Shown: positions 24,105 through 33,005 of the stretch, piece after piece
How positions within the stretch are numbered: position 1 is the stretch's first letter
Layout of the letters: every line of letters starts with the position of its first letter
NCBI GenBank assembly: GCA_047633055.1
Contig: JBLIEI010000014.1
Location: 10,833-74,832 of the forward strand
Direction of reading: 5' to 3'
Length of the DNA stretch: 64,000 nt
DNA from: Halieaceae bacterium
GTDB lineage: Bacteria > Pseudomonadota > Gammaproteobacteria > Pseudomonadales > Halieaceae
Notes under the pieces: model-generated
The model's database searches: none
What the model saw: the letters and a program-made list of their open reading frames with translations, nothing else
Told to the model about the DNA's origin: nothing
Translations under genes and position numbers: made by a program

Positions 24105-24989
24105 CTAACGCTGGTTGCTGTTAATCGGGTTGCGGACTGGCAACACCCAGCGGCGCCACATCAACGGCAGCAGCAAGAGGCGATCCGGGCGCGAATCGCG
24201 GCTCTTGCGGAGATACTCAAGGCCCACGGGCATGATCCCCGCATCCTCGAACGGCACGCTGCGTGCCGTGCCGAACAAATAATCAAACCAGGGAACAACC
24301 GTGCCGTAGTTGCTGTTGGTGAACTGTAGGTCGAGGCTGTGGTGCAGGCGGTGAAAGTCTGGCGTGACAATGACTTTGCGCAGTACACGATCGACTGCGG
24401 CTGGCACATAGATATTACTGTGATTGAACAGTACCAGCAGCACTCGAAGCAGTTGATAAAGAACCAGCATCAGCGTGGGCGCACCAAATAACAGAAAGAC
24501 CGGCAGCAGAACGAGTGTGCCTATCACCACCTCTGCGATGTGGTGCCTGTGGGAGGTGGTCACATCAAAGGTGGTATCTGTGTGGTGTACAGCATGCATG
24601 CGCCACAGGCCGCTGACACGATGAAAAACCCGGTGAATCCAGTACTGAGCGAACTCGACCAGGACCACTATTATTACGACGGCTACCGCCGGCTGCAGGC
24701 GCTCATAAAGGCCGGGGTCAGGGAAATATGAACGCAGTAGCGCCCAGCTTCCTAATTGCAGAGTGAGCCAAAACATAACGAAGAAATTGAGGCTGGCGAG
24801 AAACCAGTTCGTGAGCCAATGCGCTACCGGGACATCCGCACTGTGGCGCCTGGGCCACAGTTGCTCCAGCACCATAAGAAGCAGCATACCGCCAAAAGTA
24901 AAGACCAGCAGCGTGAGACTTCGCTGGTCAATAAGAAAGGCCAGTAAGAAGTCGTCGTGTGACGGTGCGAGTGTTATCCGATTCGACAA
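24105..24989 (-). CDS. fatty acid hydroxylase / sterol desaturase family membrane protein (copy 1)
   Basis: Histidine boxes HRVFH, HAVHH, HRHH and HRLHH lie in a multi-TM protein. It is a paralogue of 63015-63827 (shared WR.H.VHH.D, TS.RHH, TP.FHR.HH and PWFDYLF). Confidence 0.8.
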   Translation of the reverse strand: MSNRITLAPSHDDFLLAFLIDQRSLTLLVFTFGGMLLLMVLEQLWPRRHSADVPVAHWLTNWFLASLNFFVMFWLTLQLGSWALLRSYFPDPGLYERLQPAVAVVIIVVLVEFAQYWIHRVFHRVSGLWRMHAVHHTDTTFDVTTSHRHHIAEVVIGTLVLLPVFLLFGAPTLMLVLYQLLRVLLVLFNHSNIYVPAAVDRVLRKVIVTPDFHRLHHSLDLQFTNSNYGTVVPWFDYLFGTARSVPFEDAGIMPVGLEYLRKSRDSRPDRLLLLPLMWRRWVLPVRNPINSNQR

Positions 24990-24997
24990 AGCCTGAC

Positions 24998-25777
24998 TCA
25001 GTTCAAGGCCCGCATCGAAAGACCCAGCATGGCATAGTCTACAGCCATGTAACCGTTGGTCATGGTGCGCACGGCGGCCGGGGTGTGTTTGAGCACGTCT
25101 TGGGCCATTACGCCGTTGTAAACAGTTTCACCATTAATGTACCGGAACCGGTACCAGGGCAGGCCGGATTGCGTTATCCCGATTTGGGCGATGTCTGCTT
25201 TGAGTCTGACATCACTTGATTCGAAGAGACGACAGTCTACGTTACACTCCGCACCGTCCGCCAGCTGGGAACCGTCGACACAGGCATCGAGCAACTCCAG
25301 TGCGTTGGGTGGGCATGAGCCAAGGGGGGGCAGCGTCACAGGCCCTATACTCAAGGGGACTCCAGATTCATTCATATAAATATTAAGATCGTTGCCATTG
25401 ATAACCTGTGTCTCACCTGCAGGATCGGAGATTTCTATACCCACAAAAGCTCCTGCATGGGCATTGTGCATCAGGCTGACGCCACCACCGGCACTGGCCA
25501 GCGAAGCCAGCGCCAGCGCGCCTGCAATAACGGGTATAACGCCATTTTGCCTCTTTCTGAATGATATAAACGCAGTGAATGCCAGCAGTAGCGCTAGCAG
25601 TATCAACATGGTGCTGCCCAGTATCGGCACGGCCACAGCCGCCGTCGGCAGGGGCCCAAAGGTAATGCTGCCGCTGCCAAGTACCCCCGCCTGGGCTATC
25701 GCGGCGCCAAGCAATAGAACACTGCCCGTTAAAATAGATTGGATAAGGATGAGTAATCGCTGCTGAATTTTTCTCAC
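24998..25777 (-). CDS. secreted/membrane protein with an internal IPTL-CTERM-like sorting signal and a C-terminal peptidase S74 intramolecular chaperone domain
   Basis: The likely GTG start at 25777 follows AAGGAA. The ORF-track ATG at 25861 adds 28 non-signal residues. The domain order is signal peptide (RKIQQRLLILIQSILTGSVLLLGAAIAQA), then VPILGSTMLILLALLLAFTAFISFRKRQ, then a second hydrophobic segment, then a Cys-containing domain, then SDVRLKADI..VMAQDV..VDY (S74-like). Confidence 0.6.
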   Translation of the reverse strand: MRKIQQRLLILIQSILTGSVLLLGAAIAQAGVLGSGSITFGPLPTAAVAVPILGSTMLILLALLLAFTAFISFRKRQNGVIPVIAGALALASLASAGGGVSLMHNAHAGAFVGIEISDPAGETQVINGNDLNIYMNESGVPLSIGPVTLPPLGSCPPNALELLDACVDGSQLADGAECNVDCRLFESSDVRLKADIAQIGITQSGLPWYRFRYINGETVYNGVMAQDVLKHTPAAVRTMTNGYMAVDYAMLGLSMRALN

Positions 25778-26059
25778 GTTAAATTCCTTGCCTACTTTAA
25801 TTAATTTTTTTAGACTCTCGATTGTCCCATTAAGCCCCAAGGAGGCAAGCCCGTCTAGCATTCTTTCACGCTTGCAGACCTACCCCCCCCTTCGCAACCC
25901 CGCCCAAGGCCCTGCGTTACCCCTGTTTGCGAGGTTGCGTAGGTGTATAAGCCATCTCTCAAACCCTGTATCAATTTTGCTGAAAGGGTTACTGCAGTCA
26001 CGTAAACTGTCCTAATATTTTTAAACACAAATGATACTCGCGACAATAGGACTCCCGCT

Positions 26060-26452
26060 ATGCTTGGAAAGATACTTCTGTGGATCTCAGCAGTGACATT
26101 TATCTCATACGGTCTGGTGTGCTTTTTCGCGCCGGGTGTACCCGCAGGTTATGCCGGGCTAACGATGACCAATGGAGACGCGTTCGCTGAAATAGTTGCT
26201 ATGTATGGCGGGCTGCAAACCGGGTTCGGAATATTCTGCCTGCTGGCCGCACTGCGCAGCGAGTACTTTCGGGCGGGCCTGATGCTTTTAGCGCTGTGTA
26301 TTGGGATGCTGGCGCTGGGCCGACTTTACTCTTTCGCGACTGGCGGGAATCCTGTGGGTGCTTATACCTACGGCGCATTCGCCTATGAAATGACCACTGC
26401 AATACTGGCGATTGTTGCTATAAAACTCTCTGCCAGAGTGCAACCAGAGTGA
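26060..26452 (+). CDS. DUF4345-like small membrane protein
   Basis: A 130-aa, 4-TM protein. The YGGLQTGFG pattern is recalled from DUF4345 family members. Confidence 0.55.
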   Translation: MLGKILLWISAVTFISYGLVCFFAPGVPAGYAGLTMTNGDAFAEIVAMYGGLQTGFGIFCLLAALRSEYFRAGLMLLALCIGMLALGRLYSFATGGNPVGAYTYGAFAYEMTTAILAIVAIKLSARVQPE

Positions 26453-26472
26453 GCGCACTCTGAGATTGACGG

Positions 26473-27843
26473 CTAGGGCAACCGTCCCTCAATGTAGTCA
26501 TCAATCATTTCATGATAGCGGCGTACCCGGATCTCCTGATTCGAGAGGTAAACTCCCTTGAATCCTCGCGAGCGAAAGCCACGTTGCTGCGACACGAATA
26601 TCGCCACGTCGTCTTCAATCGCAGGGCCGATGTAATCTTCACCATAAGTCAGCATTGACACCGCCGTTTCACTTCCGTCAAGCGAGGTAGCAAGGGTCGC
26701 GCTGTTACCCGGGTCCAGCCCGGCATCGATAGAGGCTGGACTACCGTACCACCAGTTATCAAACAGACATTGCTCCGGATCATCACGGTGAGGGCGCGCT
26801 CGCAAAAAGTGAAAACCGTCGGCCCAAACCGTTACCGCAAAATTCGGGAAAAGTGTGTAATGAAAGGCGTCTGTCAATTGCTCGTCTGGCACATTGCCGT
26901 AGTGTGCATAGCCAAGAGCTCGCCCATGCTGACGCTTGGCATTCTGGAGTGCTTCGCGCGTTGCCTCGGGGCGACCATTAAATTCGTTCGGATCCAAGGA
27001 CCAATAACGTAACAAACTGGCCAAAGGTTCCAAAATGTTGCCGTCGCTGTCTGTATAAGACGAGCCATACCCCCCCTTCATGATCATCCGGTTGTGGCCC
27101 TCGTCGGCAAGATCAAACCGGGTTTCTTTGAAATAGGTATTGATATCACTGCGAATCGCAGCGCGGTCGTCACCGGGCTTGGCACCCTGGTGAACCGTAG
27201 GCACGTGGTAGGACTCATTAAAATTATCCAGAACAACTTTCCAATTGCACGGTAGCCACATGGTATTGGCCATGGTGCGTTTCCAAGTGTGTATTTCTCG
27301 CGCCTCCCAGTCATCCCAGATCGGGCCGAGAAATTCCCGCAGCGGTTTACAGTCCGTGTCCATGTTGACCCAGACAAAACCAGCGAACGTTTCACAGGCC
27401 AGTTCCTGTAATTTAATTTTTCCACAAGGGTTCCCTTCGGGAAAATCCTCTTTGTCTGGCGCGAAACTTAAACTGCCATCCGGAAGAAAAGCCCAGCTGT
27501 GGTACTTGCAAACAAAGCGCCGCGGTGAGGATCCCTTGCTTTCGCAGACCAGCGGATTACCCCTGTGCTGGCAGACGTTGTAGAACGCCTTCACTGAGTC
27601 ATTCTGTTGACGCACCATCAAGATTTCCTCGGGCCCCAATTCTTCCATCTGCCAATCACCGGGATTGGGCAACTCAGCTTCACGCCCTAATAACAACCAC
27701 GATTTGGTCCACATACCCTCCCACTCCTCGCGCATAAAATCGCGCGAGGTATAGCGGCTGCCCGGAATGGTGTGTCCCCGGGTCTGTTGCTCCGGCCAAC
27801 GCTCTATAGTGCTTGTTGTTGATACCACTGCAGACTTCCTCAA
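26473..27843 (-). CDS. Rieske [2Fe-2S] aromatic-ring-hydroxylating oxygenase alpha subunit
   Basis: The Rieske motif is CQHRGNPL..CKYHSWAF and the mononuclear iron motif is DNFNESYHVPTVH. Confidence 0.85.
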   Translation of the reverse strand: MRKSAVVSTTSTIERWPEQQTRGHTIPGSRYTSRDFMREEWEGMWTKSWLLLGREAELPNPGDWQMEELGPEEILMVRQQNDSVKAFYNVCQHRGNPLVCESKGSSPRRFVCKYHSWAFLPDGSLSFAPDKEDFPEGNPCGKIKLQELACETFAGFVWVNMDTDCKPLREFLGPIWDDWEAREIHTWKRTMANTMWLPCNWKVVLDNFNESYHVPTVHQGAKPGDDRAAIRSDINTYFKETRFDLADEGHNRMIMKGGYGSSYTDSDGNILEPLASLLRYWSLDPNEFNGRPEATREALQNAKRQHGRALGYAHYGNVPDEQLTDAFHYTLFPNFAVTVWADGFHFLRARPHRDDPEQCLFDNWWYGSPASIDAGLDPGNSATLATSLDGSETAVSMLTYGEDYIGPAIEDDVAIFVSQQRGFRSRGFKGVYLSNQEIRVRRYHEMIDDYIEGRLP

Positions 27844-27985
27844 AAATTATGATTATTTTTTTAAACCAGGGGAGAGTTTACTCATCTCCCGTTGATTATC
27901 GATCATTAGTTTTGAACCAAAAGGAAGTGGCTGTCTATAATAGAGCGGAATATCTCTACTCGCCCTTTGATTATGGACTTACCGT

Positions 27986-28402
27986 ATGGCACAAGAATTT
28001 AACGCAGGTAGTTTTTTCGCAAGATGGCTTTTTGCTGCACTGTTGGTATTTGGCACCTACAACCCTACGGCTTACTCGTTTTTTAGCTGGGTCCTGGCGG
28101 AGGGTACGGAGTTCGGTCCTATTGTCGCTATCATCGGGCTGGCGTTGTTGATCTGCTGGATTATTTTTCTGCGGGCGACCTTTCTGTCCATGGGCTGGCT
28201 GGGCATCTGCCTGGGCGGCGCTCTGTTTGCCTGCGTGCTGTGGCTATTTGTAGACCTCGGCTGGATCACCCTCGACTCCACCGGAGCCATTACGTGGCTG
28301 GTGCTGCTCGTTATGTCGCTAATTCTGGCCACGGGTATATCCTGGTCACATATCAGGCGGAGGCTTACCGGCCAGCTTGACGTAGACGATATTGAAGATT
28401 GA
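27986..28402 (+). CDS. hypothetical integral membrane protein
   Basis: A 138-aa ORF with about four hydrophobic helices and an acidic C-terminus. Confidence 0.55.
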   Translation: MAQEFNAGSFFARWLFAALLVFGTYNPTAYSFFSWVLAEGTEFGPIVAIIGLALLICWIIFLRATFLSMGWLGICLGGALFACVLWLFVDLGWITLDSTGAITWLVLLVMSLILATGISWSHIRRRLTGQLDVDDIED

Positions 28403-28482
28403 GCACCCATGAAAAAGCCGCCCGGAGGCGGCTGATAACCGTGTTGCGATACCACTAGGGAGCAGTGATTGGGCAAATCCGG

Positions 28483-28818
28483 TCAGTCACTTAATGATAC
28501 CGTCTCAGCGCCCTCGCGATAGGCAGGAGTGGCCATTGCTACGCCTTGCTTATCACTCATATTGGTGTTGCCTTCCTTGTCTATCCAGCAGATTACCAAT
28601 TGGCTTTCGCCGTCTGTTGGCGCTGCGTGAATCTTCATTTTGGCCCCTACGCGTGAGCGCTTGACGCCTTTCAGCTTCATCCGGGTATCGTCGCCAAATA
28701 CGCTAGCAATATCCGACTTACACTGCGCCAGATGCTGGCTGTCTAGCTTTGCGGCCATGGTGGACGCGGAAGCGCCGGTCAAGACCAGTCCAAGTGTTGC
28801 TATGGCTACCATTTTCAT
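28483..28818 (-). CDS. hypothetical secreted protein
   Basis: A 111-aa ORF with a signal peptide (MKMVAIATLGLVLTGASASTMA). Confidence 0.5.
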   Translation of the reverse strand: MKMVAIATLGLVLTGASASTMAAKLDSQHLAQCKSDIASVFGDDTRMKLKGVKRSRVGAKMKIHAAPTDGESQLVICWIDKEGNTNMSDKQGVAMATPAYREGAETVSLSD

Positions 28819-28940
28819 CGTTCACTCTCCTTAAAAGTTAAGCAGCGATAATAGACCTATCCATTTTTATTCGAAATGCCCGCAAATGATCCAGGGTGTC
28901 GCATTTTTCGGCATGCCTCATAGTCCACTTCCTCGCCGGG

Positions 28941-29831
28941 TTACTCCGCGGGGCGAGAATCCAGTTGGTGGCTAATACCGGCGAATGCCCGTGCGATAAC
29001 TTCTCGCAAAACGCGCATACGGGCACTCAAGCGCAGGTCTTTGTGGGTTAAAACCCACATATCCGCATGATGATTTATCCTGGCACCCGGGATTCGGATG
29101 ACATCAGGCTGGCCGTAGGCCGTAAAACACGGCATGTAAGCCATGCCCATTTTGCAGTTCACTGCCTCATAAAGCAGGGCAAGGTTATCTATCGCATGGC
29201 GAACCGGTCGTGGGGGGACGTCTGTTTCGGACAGCCAGGGCTCGACCTGGTCACCCAGGTTTTTACCTATCCAAGTTAGGTGTGAAGTGTCGTCCGGCTG
29301 ATTGGAGTTAAGCATACTGCGGTGGACATAAGTCGATGCGGAAATTGGAGAAAGATAACGACCAATCAGATATTCAGGCGGTTTCACGCCTTGCGGCATT
29401 ACCCGAATAGCAATATCAGCCTCCCGTCGACTTAGATCCAAGGCATCATTACTGGCCATTAACTCGAGCTCTATAAGCGGGTACTGCTGAGAAAACGCGC
29501 TAAGTGCCTCGACCAAAAAATGCAGTCCGCTCGTGGGCGGAAGCGTAAGTCGGATCGCGCCCTCCAACTCCTGGTCACCCCCGGTTATTTTGCGCTCAGC
29601 AGAAAGCACCAGTTCTTCGACGTGTTCAGCGGTGGGCAGGAACGCTTCAGCAGCCACGGTCATTCGGTAGCCATCTGGGGTGCGATCAAACAGCTGGGTG
29701 CCCAGCACTCGCTCCATTTCATCCAGTCGTCGGGTTACAGTTGAATTGCTCACTCCCAGGGCTTGGGCGGCACCGCGAGCTGAGCCTTTGCGACTCAGTG
29801 CTAACAAGATTTTTAAATCATCCCAATCCAA
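28941..29831 (-). CDS. LysR family transcriptional regulator
   Basis: It has an N-terminal HTH (MDWDDLKILLALSRKGSARGAAQALGVSNSTVTRRL) and a LysR substrate-binding domain of the expected length. Confidence 0.9.
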   Translation of the reverse strand: MDWDDLKILLALSRKGSARGAAQALGVSNSTVTRRLDEMERVLGTQLFDRTPDGYRMTVAAEAFLPTAEHVEELVLSAERKITGGDQELEGAIRLTLPPTSGLHFLVEALSAFSQQYPLIELELMASNDALDLSRREADIAIRVMPQGVKPPEYLIGRYLSPISASTYVHRSMLNSNQPDDTSHLTWIGKNLGDQVEPWLSETDVPPRPVRHAIDNLALLYEAVNCKMGMAYMPCFTAYGQPDVIRIPGARINHHADMWVLTHKDLRLSARMRVLREVIARAFAGISHQLDSRPAE

Positions 29832-29906
29832 ATGATGACTCCAGAGACCGTTAAGTCAACTTACCTTTTGCCAAGGTGGGGATAAGTGCAATATGGTGTG
29901 GCGTAC

Positions 29907-31952
29907 TTACTCTCGCTGAGTGCGGCCGTCGGGAAAAAGCTCTTTTACGTTGGATGCAATTTCTTCGCGGGTTTGCTGACCGACTCGCTGCGCGGCCCTG
30001 CCCTGCTTTACCCAGAGATGGTCGTGACGCACCTCTTGGCCTCCATAACCGCTAACCGCAGCATTAAAGACTTCTATGATGCCAACGCAGTCCATGGTGT
30101 CGCAATACTGCATCAATTCGCTCAATGCGCTGCGCATCTCGCTGTAAGACAGGCATTCTTCTTCAGCACGCATAATCATTGGGTGTCCCGTACCCGCCAC
30201 CTCGGTACCCAGCAATAATTCCTCGTGCAACTTTTCGCCGGGACGCAGACCGATAAAATCAATGTCGATGTGCTCTCCAACCGGCGTATCGTGGTCCATT
30301 TCATAGCCGCTGAGGCGGATCATACGTTTAGCCAGATCAACTATTTTTACAGGCTCGCCCATGTCCAGCACAAACACGTCTCCGCCAGTACCCATGGCGC
30401 CCGCCTGTAAAACCAATTGGGCGGCTTCCTGAATACTCATAAAGTAGCGAGACACCTCCGGGTGGGTGACCGTCACTGGGCCGCGCTTTTCTATCTGCTC
30501 GCGAAACAGCGGTACCACTGAACCCGATGAACCCAGTACATTACCAAACCGGACTATACAGAACCGGGTGCCGGTTTCTTGCTGAGAGAGCCCCTGAAGA
30601 ATCAACTCAGCAAAGCGTTTCGAGGCGCCCATAATATTAGTGGGCCGCACTGCCTTATCTGTAGACACCAACACAAAGGTTTCAACCCCAGCTCTAAGGG
30701 CGGCTTCAGCGGCATACCAGGTGCCAAACACGTTATTGGATACACCCTCAGAGACATTGTACTCAACCATGGGCACATGCTTGTAGGCCGCAGCGTGGTA
30801 TACCGTTTGCACGCCGAAAGTACGGTAGATCGTTTCCAGCCTACGTTGATCCTGGACCGAGCCCAACAGCACGATCATCTCCACATGCTTGCTACCCAGA
30901 CTCGACTGCACTTCCTTTAATTCTCGCTCGACCTGATACAGTGCAAACTCCGAGTTATCCAGTAACAACAGCTCTTTGGGTCCCGACATCAAAATCTGGC
31001 GGCAGAGTTCCGAACCGATCGAACCTCCCGCTCCAGTTACCATCACCACTTTGTCGGTGATACACCGGTCCAACAACTCCGGATGAGGCGGTACGGGCTC
31101 TCGGCCCAACAGGTCATCAAGGTCGATGTCTTGGATTTGATTGACGCTGGCAAGACCCGCCACCAATTCATTAATCTTGGGGACAGTGCGAACATACACA
31201 GGCAGTCCAACCAATGAGTTAATAATTTCGCGACGCCGCTCTGGCGAGGCCGAGGGAATGGCCAACAAAACCTGAGTAATATTATGCTGGTTGATCAGCC
31301 GCTCCAGTTGCTCAGGCTTAGCCACCTGCAACCCGTTGATCACTGTGTGCTGCATTCTGGGATCGTCATCGACAAACTCGACTACCCGATACTGGTCACC
31401 GTGGTGGAGTGCCGTAAGCAATTGACGACCTGATTCTCCAGCCCCGTAAATTATAACATTCTTGGTCATCGATCGCAGTTTGGCCTGATAGTAGGCTCGC
31501 ACAGTCAACCGGGTGCCGCCGATAGTCAGCAATGCCAGCACCCAGTAGATAAATGGCAGGGAACGAGGAACATCTGCCTGGGTAAAAAACACGCAGGCTC
31601 CCAACACCAGGGTCGAATAACTGACGGCAGTAATAATGGCCCAAATCGCCTGCTGCCCCATAAATCGGATAACTGCACGGTATAGACCCAGGCGGAGAAA
31701 AATGACAGCGCTGGCCAGAACGGTAAAAACTGCACAGGCAATTTCGATGGTACCAACAGGGAAATCCGTGTGGCCCCAGCGCAGCGCAGTAGCCAGCCAC
31801 ATGGAGCCGGCCACAAACAACATGTCCAAGACCAGCAAAAAAGTTTGCTTAATATTGCGAGGGAGTTCTATTAATTTTTCGAGGGCATCACGCAAACTTC
31901 CGGCAATAACAGACACAAAACGTAAACCAAGCGTAGCAATTGTTCTAAGCAA
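29907..31952 (-). CDS. polysaccharide biosynthesis protein, membrane-anchored nucleotide-sugar 4,6-dehydratase (WbpM/PglF/CapD-like)
   Basis: It has N-terminal TM helices and two Rossmann motifs (IIYGAGESG and VTGAGGSIGSEL) and is ~680 aa long. Confidence 0.85.
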   Translation of the reverse strand: MLRTIATLGLRFVSVIAGSLRDALEKLIELPRNIKQTFLLVLDMLFVAGSMWLATALRWGHTDFPVGTIEIACAVFTVLASAVIFLRLGLYRAVIRFMGQQAIWAIITAVSYSTLVLGACVFFTQADVPRSLPFIYWVLALLTIGGTRLTVRAYYQAKLRSMTKNVIIYGAGESGRQLLTALHHGDQYRVVEFVDDDPRMQHTVINGLQVAKPEQLERLINQHNITQVLLAIPSASPERRREIINSLVGLPVYVRTVPKINELVAGLASVNQIQDIDLDDLLGREPVPPHPELLDRCITDKVVMVTGAGGSIGSELCRQILMSGPKELLLLDNSEFALYQVERELKEVQSSLGSKHVEMIVLLGSVQDQRRLETIYRTFGVQTVYHAAAYKHVPMVEYNVSEGVSNNVFGTWYAAEAALRAGVETFVLVSTDKAVRPTNIMGASKRFAELILQGLSQQETGTRFCIVRFGNVLGSSGSVVPLFREQIEKRGPVTVTHPEVSRYFMSIQEAAQLVLQAGAMGTGGDVFVLDMGEPVKIVDLAKRMIRLSGYEMDHDTPVGEHIDIDFIGLRPGEKLHEELLLGTEVAGTGHPMIMRAEEECLSYSEMRSALSELMQYCDTMDCVGIIEVFNAAVSGYGGQEVRHDHLWVKQGRAAQRVGQQTREEIASNVKELFPDGRTQRE

Positions 31953-32027
31953 GTTTCCCCCATTCCCAACGGCCGTAAACCCACCTTAGAGTCTGTTTTT
32001 TTTCGGCGACCGGCTAAATAAAGAATA

Positions 32028-33005
32028 CTACGGTAATTGTCGCAATTTCGCCATTGCACAAAGGAGTGGAAAATAGGCCACTATTACCAAAATAAGTTGC
32101 CATTCAGGCCAGATTTTAGCTGCCCAAGCCAGGGGAAACAGCCACAACGCATTCATCGCAATGACCACAAAATCTACCGCCAGGTGCGACTGCCAGTGTC
32201 GGCTGAGTCGCTGATAAGCATGCAGTCGATGGGCCTGAAATATGCGATGCCCCTTACTCAGCCGCCAACACAGGGTCCAACTGCTGTCGGTGATGAAAAT
32301 CGCTAGCAATATCAACCAGCAGACCGCAGGCAACGCTCCGGACACTTCGCCAAGAAAAGCCAGGCCAGCAAGTAAAAAGCCAGTGGGCACACTCCCCGCG
32401 TCCCCCATGAACAGGCGGGCAGGGGGCCAATTCCAAATCAGGAAACCCAGGTGACTGAAAGCCAGAATAAGGCAAAATAAGGCGTATTGGCCATCATTTC
32501 CACCAACAAAGACTAATAACCCTGCGCCAGAGGCCGCCAAAAAACATTGAACGGCGGCGATGCCGTCTATCCCATCCATGAAATTGTAGAGATTGAGAGC
32601 CCACAGAATAGCCAGAACCGAGAACAGTGAGAATGTCAGAGACGCTGCTGCCTGGCCCTCTGGCGTCAACCACCAAACTCCGAGCGCGGCAGTGCCACTG
32701 TAGCAGGCGAAGCGGAACTTTACCGACAAACCCCGCATGTCATCTACGACCCCCAGTAGCGTCAGAGCCAGAGCCAGACCAGCGAGAATCAACAAGGATG
32801 AATGCCAGGAGTAGGAACCTATCGCACAGATCGACATTGCCAGCAGCATGGAGAGTAACAGCGGTATACCCCCGCCATGAGGGGTAGCCTGGGTATGGGA
32901 ACTGCGATCATTGGGGCGGTCAACAATATTCCAGCGCTGCGCTAATTTCAGATAGACCCAACAGCCCAGCGCGGAGGCGACGAACGCACACATAACAACA
33001 ATCAT
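32028..33005 (-). CDS. MraY/WecA-family polyprenyl-phosphate N-acetylhexosamine-1-phosphate transferase (WbpL-like)
   Basis: A polytopic membrane protein with NFMDGIDG and GDAGS motifs. Confidence 0.85.
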   Translation of the reverse strand: MIVVMCAFVASALGCWVYLKLAQRWNIVDRPNDRSSHTQATPHGGGIPLLLSMLLAMSICAIGSYSWHSSLLILAGLALALTLLGVVDDMRGLSVKFRFACYSGTAALGVWWLTPEGQAAASLTFSLFSVLAILWALNLYNFMDGIDGIAAVQCFLAASGAGLLVFVGGNDGQYALFCLILAFSHLGFLIWNWPPARLFMGDAGSVPTGFLLAGLAFLGEVSGALPAVCWLILLAIFITDSSWTLCWRLSKGHRIFQAHRLHAYQRLSRHWQSHLAVDFVVIAMNALWLFPLAWAAKIWPEWQLILVIVAYFPLLCAMAKLRQLP

